A stretch of DNA of 63,703 nt, counting the filler, from Reclinomonas americana ATCC 50394 (Eukaryota): the NCBI GenBank assembly GCA_048213135.1. It is 25 parts of 25 records of this genome, joined end to end, with 100 filler letters (N's around TTAATTAATTAA, not from the genome) between each part and the next. Parts side by side here need not be neighbours in the genome. Positions count along the whole stretch, not along the records: positions 32,621 to 35,525 come from AFZH01023973.1; positions 35,626 to 36,770 come from AFZH01023974.1; positions 36,871 to 38,057 come from AFZH01023975.1; positions 38,158 to 39,857 come from AFZH01023976.1; positions 39,958 to 45,716 come from AFZH01023977.1; 20 more parts are not named here. One strand, given 5' to 3'. Position 1 is the first letter of the stretch; every line of letters starts with the position of its first letter. Below the pieces are notes generated by a model, which made no database searches, had not been told where the DNA came from, and worked only from the letters and a program-made list of their open reading frames with translations. Below are positions 33,855 through 45,816 of the stretch, one piece after another. Made by a program: the position numbers and the translations under genes.

Positions 33855-34451
33855 ATGACCCCGATCCGCGCGGTGCTGTTCGACCTCGACGGTGTCGTCC
33901 GCCATTTCGATGCGGGCTTCACCGCCGACATCGAGGCTCGGCACGGCCTCTCGCCGGGCGCGGTGCTGGATGCCGCCTTCGAGCCGGATCTGCTCGCACA
34001 GGTGACGACCGGCGCGATCTCGCGCCGCACGTGGGTCGAACGCGTCGGCACAGCGCTCGGCTCGCCGGCGGCGGCCGAGGAATGGGGGCGTCAGCCGTCT
34101 GAGGTCGACCCCGACGTGCTCGCGATCGCGGACGCGCTTCGTGCCACCGGCATCCGCACCGCCATCCTCACCAACGGCACCGACACGATCCCCGCTGAGG
34201 CCGAAATGCTCGGCCTCACCGCGCACTTCGACGCCATCTTCAACTCCGCGGAGATCGGCTGGGCGAAACCCGACATCCGGGCGTTCCAGCACGTGCTCGA
34301 CGCCCTTGGGCTCGCGGGTGCGGAGGTGTTCTTCACGGATGACTCCGCCTCGAAGCTCGTCGGTGCGGAAGAGCTGGGGATGCCGACGCATCGGTTCACG
34401 TCGGCGGAGGGGCTTCGTGTTGCGCTGCGGGCGGAGGGGGTTGAGGTCTGA
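33855..34451 (+). CDS. HAD-superfamily hydrolase/phosphatase
   Basis: AVLFDLDGVV motif I; AILTNG; FNSAEIGWAKPD; FFTDD. Confidence 0.92.
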   Translation: MTPIRAVLFDLDGVVRHFDAGFTADIEARHGLSPGAVLDAAFEPDLLAQVTTGAISRRTWVERVGTALGSPAAAEEWGRQPSEVDPDVLAIADALRATGIRTAILTNGTDTIPAEAEMLGLTAHFDAIFNSAEIGWAKPDIRAFQHVLDALGLAGAEVFFTDDSASKLVGAEELGMPTHRFTSAEGLRVALRAEGVEV

Positions 34452-34478
34452 GCGCGTTTCGCGTTGCGGGGGTGGGGA

Positions 34479-34557
34479 CGCTTCGACAAGCTCAGCGACC
34501 CAACGGGTCGAGGTCAGCGATGCACGTGGGGGCGCTTCGACAAGCTCAGCGACCCAA
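34479..34557. repeat. Two 25-bp direct repeats, REP-like intergenic element
   Basis: cgcttcgacaagctcagcgacccaa at 34479-34503 and 34533-34557, between convergent genes. Confidence 0.75.
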
Positions 34558-34571
34558 GTAGCGGGGGCGCG

Positions 34572-35141
34572 TCAACGACCGAGGGCGACCGGTCGGTACC
34601 TCTGCACGACCACGCCCGACCGGAACTCCTGGCGCTCCACGAGCTCGAGCTCGATCCTCTCGCGCAGCCCGTCGAAGAGTCTCGGACCGCTTCCGGCGAG
34701 CACCGGATGCACGGCGAACGTGTACTCGTCGATCAGGCCGAGATCGGCAAGCGCCAGGGTGAGCGTCACGCCGCCCACGGAGAGACCCTTGCCCGGTTCC
34801 TGCTTCAGTGTGCGGATCGCCGCTTCCAGGTCGCCCTCGACCAGCTCGGCATTCCAGTCCACCGCCGTGAGGCTGCTCGACACGACGTACTTCTTCGCCC
34901 GGTCGATGCGCTCGGCGAAGCGGACCTCCGACTCATCCATCCAGTCGGGCCAGACGCCATCCGCCGGCCGCCGCCAGGCGGACTCCATCATCTCGTAGGT
35001 CACCCGGCCGTAGATCTCGGCATCGGACCGATCCATCTCGGCGGTCCAGAAGTCCATGAACTCCTCATCGGGAGTGAGCCCCGCCTCGTGATGGACGCTG
35101 CCGTCGAGCGTGACGTTGATCGCATACCGTAGTGGTCTCAT
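34572..35141 (-). CDS. Dihydrofolate reductase / RibD C-terminal family protein
   Basis: YAINVTLDG; YGRVTYEMM; KKYVVS; LIDEY.FAVHPVLAGSGPRLF. Confidence 0.92.
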   Translation of the reverse strand: MRPLRYAINVTLDGSVHHEAGLTPDEEFMDFWTAEMDRSDAEIYGRVTYEMMESAWRRPADGVWPDWMDESEVRFAERIDRAKKYVVSSSLTAVDWNAELVEGDLEAAIRTLKQEPGKGLSVGGVTLTLALADLGLIDEYTFAVHPVLAGSGPRLFDGLRERIELELVERQEFRSGVVVQRYRPVALGR

Positions 35142-35200
35142 CTCGTCGCTCTCCTTCGATGCGCAGCGGACTCTCCCGGACGGTACCAGATGCTGATCGC

Positions 35201-35268
35201 GAGCGTTTCGTCTCGCTGAAGACCCGCACTGAGCGAGCGGAGCGAGTCGAAGTGTCGCTCAACGACCG
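35201..35268. repeat. Composite REP-like element
   Basis: gagcgtttcgtctcgctg...tcgctcaacgacc encloses ctgagcgagcggagcgagtcgaag, whose reverse complement begins cttcgac and ends gctcag like the 34479 repeat. Confidence 0.55.
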
Positions 35269-35281
35269 GGTGGCCGATCGC

Positions 35282-35525
35282 TCAGTTGCCGAGGCCGTCG
35301 AGCGTCCAGTGATAGCGGAGGCGGAGGCCGCGCTCCATGCTGGCCAGCGCCGCACCGGTGCCGAGGGCGATGTTGAGCCACAGGGGGAGATGGATGGGCG
35401 AGACGAATGTTCCGACGCGTTCCGCGATCGGTGGGATCTCGGAGATCACCTGCACCAGTTGCGGGACATTCACTCCCACACCGACGATCAGGACGACGAT
35501 CGCGGTGGCGGCGATCCACCGGCTC
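35282..35525 (-). CDS. Actinobacterial-type membrane protein, C-terminal fragment
   Basis: Open frame to the contig edge, ending LPLWLNIALGTGAALASMERGLRLRYHWTLDGLGN*. Confidence 0.6.
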
Positions 35526-35625
35526 NNNNNNNNNNNNNNNNNNNNNNNNNNNNNNNNNNNNNNNNNNNNTTAATTAATTAANNNNNNNNNNNNNNNNNNN
35601 NNNNNNNNNNNNNNNNNNNNNNNNN

Positions 35626-35806
<181 letters not shown>

Positions 35807-38157
35807 AGCAAATCACACACGTACATGCACAGTCCTGTTGCGCCTGAAACAACTTGGGAAGGGAGCTGGCATATGGCTGCGTCAACATCTCGCCCATCAT
35901 GTTGATCATGGTGGTTCCACACACGTACTTGCGTGCTGTCGGGCACACAAGTAAGACGCAGTGCAGCCCCGTGAATTTCCCTTGAGCCAACACACCATTG
36001 TATGCGACTCGCGTCATTTCATACCCGCGAAACGTCCACAGCATGCGACTCAAACCAAGAGTCGCGTCCTGCAAAAATGCACTCTCCTCCGGTGCGAGGA
36101 GACCGGGAGGAAGGGCGCTCATCACATCTTGTGTCACAGTGAAACTGCGTAACACGATGACGTCTTAGATCAGCACCCTTGTTGCACAAGTCGACGGTGC
36201 ATGTGTAACTGCGAGGCGTCGCGTTGATGCTCATCGACCACAGCAACGAGTCGATTCACCAGCTCGATCTCCTCATCAGTGAGCAACGGTGCCCATGATC
36301 CATTGTGTGGCACGGCGTGAATATGAGCACGCGGAGTGCACTCGCGGAGACGACGAATGGCGTCGAAATTCGGCGCCCCAAACACGTCTGTGTGCCGCCA
36401 CAACAGCGCTTGTGGGTGCGCGGTCGACAGAGAGAGGGAAGCAGACAAGAGAGACGCTGAGGCAAAGGGAGGCAGGCTTGAGGCAGAGGAGAAGAGAAAG
36501 AAAGAGACAGAGAGAGAGGAATTCGATCGAAAGCACAGAGAGAGAGAAGGGATACAGACATGCAGAGAGAGGGAGGCAGAGGCAAAAGGAGGCAGGCTTG
36601 TACAGGAGAAGAGAAAGAAAGCGACAGCGAGAGAAGAATTTGATCGAAAGGCACGCTAAGAGAGAGAGAGAGAGAGAGGAGGGGAGGGAGGGGAGAGAGA
36701 GAGGATACAGACATGCAGAGAGAGGGAGGCAGACAACAGAGACGCAGATGCAAAAGAGAGGCAGGCTTCANNNNNNNNNNNNNNNNNNNNNNNNNNNNNN
36801 NNNNNNNNNNNNNNTTAATTAATTAANNNNNNNNNNNNNNNNNNNNNNNNNNNNNNNNNNNNNNNNNNNNGCCGCGAATCGACAGACCTGCCGCTACCGC
36901 GGCGTCGGTGAGCAGCTTCGCAGCCACATCCTTCGCGATGCAAAGAGCGCTCCGGGTGACCACGTGGACGCAAATACGAAAATCTAGACCTACGCAAGCG
37001 AGTGGGTCAGCCTGCGCGACAAGCAGAGTGTCCGTATGCACACAAACCGTGGTAGCTGAAGTGCAAAGGCTTCCGAGCATGCACGAGCTGACACAGAGAG
37101 AAGCCCACCACTCCGCGGACGAGAGAAGTCACTGAATGCAACTGATCAGTGAGCGACAGCACGTCGTCGTTGTGTAAAGGCGTGCCCAACCTTGATCGAT
37201 TTCGGCAATGTTTGTGTAAGCGGCGTTGATGAGCTGACTGCGAAGAGCCTCGTAAAGAGCTTGCGCTGCACACGATGCTGCCCTTGTGAGCGCACACGAG
37301 AGCAGCAACATGTTGCAGAAGAAGTGATTGAATGCAACACCTTTGTTCGTCGCCTCATCACGGATGATCAGTGGCACTGCGGTCGGAGGCTGCTGCTGTG
37401 TGGGCACAGCCGAGGACGAGACTGTGTGTGGGGGAAGTGATGAGTGACAGAGGAGGAGGGAGAGAGGGAGGGGAGAGGAGGATGAGAGAGATTGTCTCAC
37501 CTGCAGAAGAAGCGCACTCCTCTGCACGCTGTTGTGACATGGTTGGCTCACAAGGAGTGTGATCAAAGTGTGGGATGCACCGTAGATCGTCATGAAAGTG
37601 CCGCAAGGTAAAAGTGCGCGAATGAGTGAAATCAATGAGGACTGGGACGCGTGGTGAACTTCTGTGGGTGTTCTCTGCAGTTGTCTTTTGTCTTCATGTT
37701 GGCAATCACAGCACATACAAAACACACGGGCGAGTCATTCATTTTTCCTATTTCCTATTTTCTTGTAAACACCATTTTTCACACCATCCTCCGTGGTCCT
37801 TTTTTCTTTCTTTTCCCCCCACTGCTCCATAATTACGCTTCTCTCTCTCTCTCCCACCCCCCACCTCACGCTTGGCTCGACGGCTTCGCGGACGGCGCCT
37901 GCAGCTGCTGCTGATGATTCCGTGCGGCCGCAAATCGCGACCCACCACTCGTCCCCGGCGACCCAATCCGCGGACTCATCATCATCGCCTTGATGGCGGC
38001 GTTGCAGAGTGCCACTCGCGGAGTCTTGGGTGTCAGCGACGGCGACGGCGTGGTGCTNNNNNNNNNNNNNNNNNNNNNNNNNNNNNNNNNNNNNNNNNNN
38101 NTTAATTAATTAANNNNNNNNNNNNNNNNNNNNNNNNNNNNNNNNNNNNNNNNNNNN

Positions 38158-38946
38158 CCACGCTCAAACACCTCGCCCAGCGTGCGCGTCGACAGCACAT
38201 GCCCCATCTCCGAGGCCTCGCGCAGCACCTGCACCGCACGCGAGGCATTCGCTGCCAGCACGCCCTCCGGCACACCATCCAGCAGCAGCTCCGCCAGCGC
38301 GTGCATGGCATCGGGAATGCGCATCAGCGTCATGGCTTGCAGATACGCCACATGACCGTGCAAGTCGCCCGCCAACTGCCGCTCACGCGCCGCCTGCAAC
38401 AGCAGTGGTGCCAGACCCGGCAATGACTCCACTGACTGCCGGTAGTGCTGATAGCGTGTGAGGCGCTCCTTGATCTCGTCGAGCTCCGCCTGGTGCTTCT
38501 TGTCGGCCTTTTCGCGCTCACGTGCGGCCTGCTCCAGCACGGCGTCGCGGTACGCGTCGCCCGCGCTCGAGTCGACCACCACAGTCACTGCAGAGGACGC
38601 GTTGCGTTGGTGGTGGCGACGTTGGCGGCGCTGTTGTGTGGCCAGGAAACGCTGCGGTTGCACGAGGTCGTCCTCGTCGGACAAGTCGTCTGTGCAACGA
38701 AAGAGATGCATGAGTGTCGGAAGAACACAAAGAGAGCGTGCAGAGAGTGCACGTACCAGCCACTGTGCTGCGCGACTGGTTGACCGAGGTGGAGAGCGAC
38801 GAGGAGAGAGAGCCGATCACGGCCGACACTGAGGTGTTGTGCTGCTGTGGCTTTTGTTGTTGTTGTTGTTGTTGATGACGAAAGCGGTCGAGCTGGCGAC
38901 GCAGGTCGAGAGCCGAGGGGGTCGGTGGTGAACGAGACTTGCCCAT
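38158..38946 (-). CDS. Sel1-like repeat protein, N-terminal part, spliced
   Basis: Exon 38946-38757, intron 38756-38690 (GTACGT..CAG), exon 38689-38158. DAMHALAELLLDG...ANASRAVQVLREASEMGHVLSTRTLGEVFE fits the Sel1 repeat pattern. Confidence 0.7.
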
Positions 38947-39447
38947 GATGGTTGATGATAGAAGTGTGTGTGTGCGCGCGCTCACAAGACAAGTGAGAAG
39001 AGAGTTGACCGGAATTGAGACGCGCCTCTCTGTTCAAATAGGCTTATTTTCTTTCAGACCGCGGCTCTCACACTGGCTCTCTTCGCACAACAGCGGCTCT
39101 CGAGTGGCAGTTTGACAACTGCACTGCTCTCATTCGCCATCGCACACGCTTGTTGTTGTGTGTGTGTGTGTCTCGAATTGCCCTCTCTCCACACATGCCA
39201 CAAAAAATGAGAGGGGGGCACGCAGCGCAGGGGTGCTGGGGTGCAGTACTTTTTTATCCATCGGGTACGGGGTACTGTCGACCAGAAAAAGAAGGGGACG
39301 GGGTGCTTCCCAGAAGCTCCAGCTGGGGTACAGCTGCACCCCTAGTTCGCGGTCGAAGTCGACGTCGATACAATGGTCAGCAACAAGTCGATTGTGTTGA
39401 GAGTTCGACACACGCTCCTCCGATCCCGATCCCTGGCGTGGAGAGCG

Positions 39448-39487
<40 letters not shown>

Positions 39488-39957
39488 ACACACACACACA
39501 CAAAACACACACACACACATGTTCATCTTTCAACTTGCATATTTATGCTCTGGATCACTCATGCCTCTTTGCCTCTCCCTCTGCAGCTACTTCGTTTGCA
39601 TCTGTGTTCGCTCGTGGCGTCTCGCGATCGGCCACTCTTCCCGCGAGACATTCGTGTGTGTCTCTGCCTTTATTGCATATATGTGTTGGAGTGTTGGCAT
39701 CGCCGACGACCCGCAGAAGTCATTGGTGCTGGCTCTGCGTGCTCGGAACAGGCCGACTGGTCCGATGCAGGCGCAGAACTTTGTGGCGGAGGAGTTCGAT
39801 CCCGAGCTGACAATGGCTGGCACTGCGTTGCGATCCATGTCATCACGTCATCTGTCANNNNNNNNNNNNNNNNNNNNNNNNNNNNNNNNNNNNNNNNNNN
39901 NTTAATTAATTAANNNNNNNNNNNNNNNNNNNNNNNNNNNNNNNNNNNNNNNNNNNN

Positions 39958-41695
39958 CTGAGTGCGATCGTTGGCTTGGCCGCCCGTTCTACTCACCGAC
40001 TCGCACAAGTGAGGCGAAGAAGCAAGTGACGGAGATGCTGGAGAAGCAGCTCTTCACTCCGATCAAGGCCATCAAGCAGTCGTCGTTGTTGCCGCTCAAG
40101 AAGGTGGATGCCGTTCGCCGCTTCGTCCTCCCCAAGGCCACCTTCGTCATGTCGGCCGTGGAGCTCCAGCAGTCCGTGCTCGCCAAAATCGACAGCAAGA
40201 TCCGCGACAGCATCCGCCTCTGCCTCGGCCTCGACAACGACTCCGGCACTCCCTTCCTCTACACTCCGCTGTCGAAAGGTGGTCTCGGTCTGTACTCGGT
40301 GGTGGAGCGAGAGGCCTCTCTGTTGATCAACTCGGCGGTGAAGCTGCTGACACACCGCCGACCGCTGACTCGCCGTGTGGCGGAGCACATGCTCCACTGC
40401 TCGGTGAGAGCGGCCGGTGGTCGTGTGGACGATTTCTCGCCGTTGCCGACTGCTGGTTTGGTGGCCAAGTACCGGCAGACGAACGAGGTCACAGACGTCA
40501 ATTGCCAGCAGCTGCCAGTTGCCACACCTCAGCGGTATTTCTCTGTGTTGTTGTCTCCTGTTGTCCCTCCGGCTGGTGCTGCTGTGGTTGCTCCTGGTGC
40601 AGGTGCTCGCTTCCAAGTGGCCACTGATCCGCATGCCCCTCGCCGCGCTGTTCGCTCCAATCTGATGGGTGTTGCTCTCGGGCACGCTCTGAAGTTGGGT
40701 GTCAGTGTGGAAGTGCATCCGGCTACTGCTGCTGGTCAGCCTCCGCTGGTGGGCGGACGGCTGGCTGACGGTGGTGTTGTGTTTCCCTTTGCCTCCTGCT
40801 TTTTGCCTGCGATGTCAGACTTCTACTCCAAGCGCCACATTGTTGGCTGGAAGGAGTTGCGGAAGCTTAAGTGTGGTGCCTTCGTCGACTCTCTGGTGGA
40901 TCAGGGCAACGGCACCAGCGAGAAAGAGCAGCGCTTCCTTTGCAAGATGCGAACCAACTCCGTCGCGCTCGACAACAAGGTGGCGGTCATCAACGGCAAC
41001 CCTGGTGGCCCTGCCTCGCTGTGCCCGCTCTGTGGCAAGGAGTCGGAGTCGCTCGGACACTTGCTCAACGGCTGTGAGAAGCTGAAGGGCATGTGGACGA
41101 CGCGTCACGACAACGTGCTCGACGTTCTCCAAGCGGCTTTGGTGCGACGCCCCAAGGAGGACTGGTGCGCGAGCGTGTCGACGCCGACTTGCTGCCCGCG
41201 GTGGTGGACATTGCCAACCACGTCGACTTGGCCAGGCTCAAGCCGGACCTCACCCTGGTTCACACCAGAGAGGGGACTGGTGAGATCTCCTTGGTCCAGG
41301 TGGTGGAGTTGACGTGTCCCTTCGACAACGAAGACTCGGTCAAGACTGTTGTCAACGGCAAGAAGGCCAAGTACGACTCGTTGGTCAAGGCCATCAAGCA
41401 GAAGATCGGCGATCAGGCCAAGGTCGAGCTGGTGGTGCTCCCTGTGACCTCGATTGGCACGGCTCCGGTGCTGGTGGCGACTGGCCTCCGTCGTCTCGGC
41501 GTGCGCAACGTCCGGCAGTGCATCTCTCGCCTTTGCACGACAAGCTTACGTACAAGTTACTCGATGTTTGTCCAACGATGCAAGGGAGTGGGTGGTGCAC
41601 AGGGTCCGGCCGGAGTGCAAGCTGTTGACATGGTGGTGTTGTTTGAGAGAAGTAACAGTTTCCCAATGCTTGCCCCACTGTTCTTCTTGATATGA
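39958..41695 (+). mobile_element. Non-LTR retrotransposon of the restriction-like-endonuclease (R2/NeSL/Utopia-type) group, 3' half, one frameshift
   Basis: RT C-terminus (RWLG, FLYTPLSKGGLGL), CPLCGKESESLGHLLNGC zinc knuckle and RHDNVL. After a frame change near 41155 it reads KPDL...VVELTCPFD...KKAKY, the RLE motifs. Confidence 0.9.
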
Positions 41696-43365
41696 TCAAT
41701 TTCTTTTTGTAATCTTCGTAGTTACTACGATGGACGTCTTCTGGTGGTCACTGCTGACGAAGTCTTCTTCTGGCCTGGAGGCTGTGTGTCCTGAATAGGG
41801 CTTTATTCTCAACATCGACAACACACTTAAAACAGTTTTAGTTGTAGAAGGAAAGCGCACGAGATCACTGTCGTGCATGAATCAGTGAAGTTTGTATTAT
41901 TCTGTGTATACAACGACACAGCACGACGACGATGCGCGCCCACATCTCGAGTTGTTACAGTACGCTCAATCATGTGTGTGTTTCTGCACTGGAGGTTGTC
42001 GAAGAGGTGCAAACTCAGCGTCGTGATCGGTGCGTGCATTCCTCTGGATCCGGATAAGCGTCACTGACGGCGATGCCTTTCGTCTCTTCCTCTGCGGCTC
42101 ACCATCTTCACCAGCGCCGGCGCCGGCGCCGTCGACCACTGACGCCATGCGTTCCCGTCGACGCGTGCTTGCTGTTGCAAGGATAACCTCTCTTCGGCGC
42201 TCACCGAATCGAGCTGCGCGGGCGACGCGACCGCGGTCGCAGTTCATGAGCTCTAACGAGGCAGCATCACCGAGAGGCGGATCTCAATACCTGCAGCGTA
42301 GTGTACATTGGCCTATAATTAGTTATGGATGTGAGAGTTCACGAGGTCATTATGGGGGGGGGGGGGGGGGGGGGGTTTGGCACACGCGCCACTTGTGCAG
42401 GCCGCCTGACTGTGCACGCTCACCCAGTGCAGTGGTTATCGTCGCCGGCGTCGACATCGAGGTGCTGAGTCTTCCACACGAGTTGAGTCGCGCGCACTCT
42501 GCGACGCACTTACTCCATCCCTCTTTCTTCGCCGCTCTCCAGCACAGCACAATCAAAAGGTACGGATCAACGCAGCAATGAGCACGCGAGCGACAGAGAG
42601 CACAGTGAGAGTCAACGGTGCATGAACACGAGATTGCAGGCACAGAGCAACGAACACTGTCACCTCTCACTCACTCTCTCTTTGCATTCTTGACACTCCC
42701 ACCGCAACAGAAACCCGTTCACGAGGAGAGCACATTACGCGCTGCCGTTACACAACTACCGCGCACACACACTCACACAGAGACACAGAGAGAGAGAGAG
42801 AGCGACAAACACACACACACACACAAACACAATTTGCGCACATCAACACGTGAACCCACGTTGACTCACGCGCACTAACGTCCATGGCCACATCGGTATC
42901 TGCACCCATACCTGCACTCACTGAACACTCCCGCTCACACACCAACCGCAACACCGAGCTCCGACAAGCTACCAGCCCGGATCGACGTCGGGCCACGTCG
43001 CTTGTGTGGACAAACAAATGCACACATGCAGGACATGTGCAGCAAGTTCCTATCCGGCTCGCCCTTTGCTTGACGCTGTACCACGTGGTACCGGTTGCGA
43101 TCTCGCCGGACCAGGGGTTGCTTAATGCAGATTTGCCGCCGCGCAGACCAAGCATTTTTCCGACTGCATTGGCAACCTGTCGTGAATGCCGACGATTGTT
43201 CTTCTCTCTCCCACTTCTCTCTTACACACGCACACACGCACACATATGCGCATTCTTATTCTCTCTCTCTCTCTCTCACACACACACTCTGTCTCTCTCC
43301 CACTCTGTCACTCCCTCTCTTTCTCTCTCCGCCCGGAGCTCACACTTCTCCTCCCGTCAAATCAG

Positions 43366-45716
43366 ACCGTCAGCGACAGCCGACTCCAACTCTCTCTACT
43401 ACATTGGCAGCACCCAGGCCACCATCTGGCTGCAGCTGCTGACTGACCTTGTCGGCCAGGGTGGTCTCTCCACCATTGCCTCGGTCGGCACTGCCGCCAA
43501 CCAGTTCCAGGACATCAACACCTCGCTGACTGTGCAGCAGACGACCAACCTCGCCACCGGCACCACCGCCTACCGCGCGTTCGTCATCGGCGACGCTGGT
43601 CCCACCACTGTGACCGCTGCCAGCGTGTCGTCTGCTGCGTGGCGCGGTGTGACTCTGTCCACTCTCGCCGCCGCCAATGCCACCACTGGCCAGGGCCACA
43701 CCATCAACGTGTGGACTGAGTCGCAGGTGAACCGCTCGGCTGCGCCGTGGAGCGGCACTCTGACCACCAGCGGCATCGATCACCAAGGTGTCGACTGCTG
43801 CGCCGACGCTGTCATCGACCCTGCGCTACGTCACGTCGACCTCGGCGTGGGTGGAGTGGGAGGGTGTGGCGGCCAATGTGGGCGTCATCAACAAGCCCAC
43901 GTAGTACGTCAAGTCGGACTGCGGCAGCGGTGCGGTGACTGTGGTCACCACCATTGCCGACCTGACCGACTTCAACATCCCGGCCGGCAACTCTGGTCGC
44001 AACCGCGTGCTCGTCAAGGTCACTGGCCTGACGGGCACCAGCTGCGCCATCTCGGCGGCCTACAACAACGGCAGCGGCACTGCGGGTGCCAACGGTGCCA
44101 ACCTGACGTTCTCGACCGCCGTGACGGTGGCTCTGGCGTCGGGTGCGCCGGCCACGGCGACTGGCTACGCAGTGGCGCCGTACACTGGCTCTGTGGACCA
44201 GGTCACTTCGACGTCGATGGTCGTCGCCTTCAACTACCCGGCGCCGGCCACCTTTGGCACTGGCGACACTACCGCTGCGCCGACTGCCGCCTACACGGTG
44301 ACCAATGCCAGCACTGACCAGCTTGCCATCACCGGTGCCACGACTGGCGCTGGCACCATCGCCACCTCGTTCTTCGGTCTGTTCTCGTACAACTCTGGCT
44401 TCTACCAGCAGATCACCGGCTTCACTGTGAGCGGCACCACCAACAACTTTGCCGCTGCCACGCAGTACACGACCAAGATCCGCGTCACTGTGAACAACAA
44501 CACCACCGCGTCGGCTTCTAGCTCTATCCAGGCCACCACCGACAACAATGGCTCTGTGCCGGCTGCGCCCACTGGTGTGGCGTACTCGCGCCTGTTCTCG
44601 ACTGGCGTGCGCCTCAACTTCTCGACCCCGATCAGCGTCGGCGGCTCCAACACTGCCACCTCGAGCGCCACTCAGAGCAACGTGACCACCCCAACTCCGA
44701 ACGTGAGCGCCTACCGTGTGGTGTACTCGACCACCAGCGCCTCGTCGGTGACCTCGGCCACTGCCGGCTCAGCTGTCGCCATTGACACCAGCTCCATCCC
44801 GTCCACCAACGGCACTGGCGCTGCGGCGTCGTGGAGCAACAACCTGTCGACCTACTACATTGACGTGACTGGCCTGCCGGCTGGCACCTCGGTCAACATG
44901 CAGGTGTGCGCCAGCAACCAGTTCTCGATTGCCTTCCCGACCTTGCCCTTCAACCCGGCTGGCACCACCGCCAACCCGGTGACGTGCGTGTTCAGCACTG
45001 CCATCAACTTCACCACTCCGGCTGCCTGGTCGTGACGCAGTACGGCCTCATCAACATCTTCTTGCAGTGGACGATTCCGCAGAACTTTGGCTCCAATGCC
45101 GTGACGGTGTTCACGATCTTCCGCGGCCAGGGCAGCGCGACCCCGGTGTCTGTGGGCACGGTGAACCTGCCGGCTGGCTAGGCGCTAGCTGACTGCTGCG
45201 TATACTGCCGACACGACGCTGACGGCCAACACGTCGTACACGTACCAGGTGTACGCCACTGCCACGTCGACCAACTCGGCCACGGCTGCTGGCCCGATCA
45301 CTCAGACCACTCACAACACCAGTTGCGTGAAAGGGGGGAAGGAGGGGAGGGGACGGGGTGGGAAGGGAAAGGAAAAGAAAGAGGAGAGGAGAGGAGAGGG
45401 GAGTGGTAGTGAGAGAGGGAGAAGGGAACCATCTGCTTCTTTTGAGTATCAGTATCTCATCCACGACCGCCGCCTCCCTTCTCCTCCACCACACAGACGA
45501 TGCTCCGATCGCCCCGGCCGCTCCGACGCTGGCTGCTGGTATTGCGAACTCGCAGGGCACCAACTCGAGCGCCGGCTGCGCTGCTGTGGCTGGCACCCTC
45601 GGTGTGGGCTTCTCAGGCAACTTCTACCAGGACACCCTCACCAGCATCTCGTGGGCGTCGCCGATTGGCATTGGCGGCACCTCGATCAACGGCTACGTTG
45701 TGACGCAGAACACCAG
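43366..45716 (+). pseudogene. Ser/Thr-rich fibronectin-type-III surface protein, upstream part with several lesions
   Basis: Strong coding bias and FN3-like PAAPTGV...YRVVY...VTGLPAGTSVNMQVCA. Frame changes near 43770, 45025 and 45185; in-frame TAG at 43902 and 45179; intron 45322-45496. Confidence 0.6.
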
Positions 45717-45816
45717 NNNNNNNNNNNNNNNNNNNNNNNNNNNNNNNNNNNNNNNNNNNNTTAATTAATTAANNNNNNNNNNNNNNNNNNNNNNNNNNNN
45801 NNNNNNNNNNNNNNNN

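Noticed and set aside
34479..34557. Mini CRISPR array (25-bp repeats, 29-bp spacer)
   Set aside because: Only two repeats, similarity extends into the flanks (gtgggg), no cas gene or leader, and the motif fits a REP-like intergenic repeat.
30376..35132. Long alternative-frame and antisense ORFs over the bacterial genes (e.g. 33180-34391, 30831-31472)
   Set aside because: Shadow ORFs expected in high-GC DNA, overlapping well-supported genes.
21804..35525. Horizontal transfer of a bacterial block into the eukaryote
   Set aside because: There is no physical junction with eukaryotic DNA, only artificial spacers, and the genes have purely bacterial structure.
41740..41860. Hammerhead ribozyme or snRNA/rRNA target at the retrotransposon 3' end (CTGACGA at ~41754)
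   Set aside because: No correctly placed GAAA with supporting stems, and no recognisable U2, 28S or spliced-leader sequence.
43902..45181. TAG reassigned to an amino acid (alternative genetic code)
   Set aside because: The two in-frame TAGs occur together with frameshifts. The intact Gln-rich 45817-47733 frame and the WD40 exons contain no in-frame TAG.
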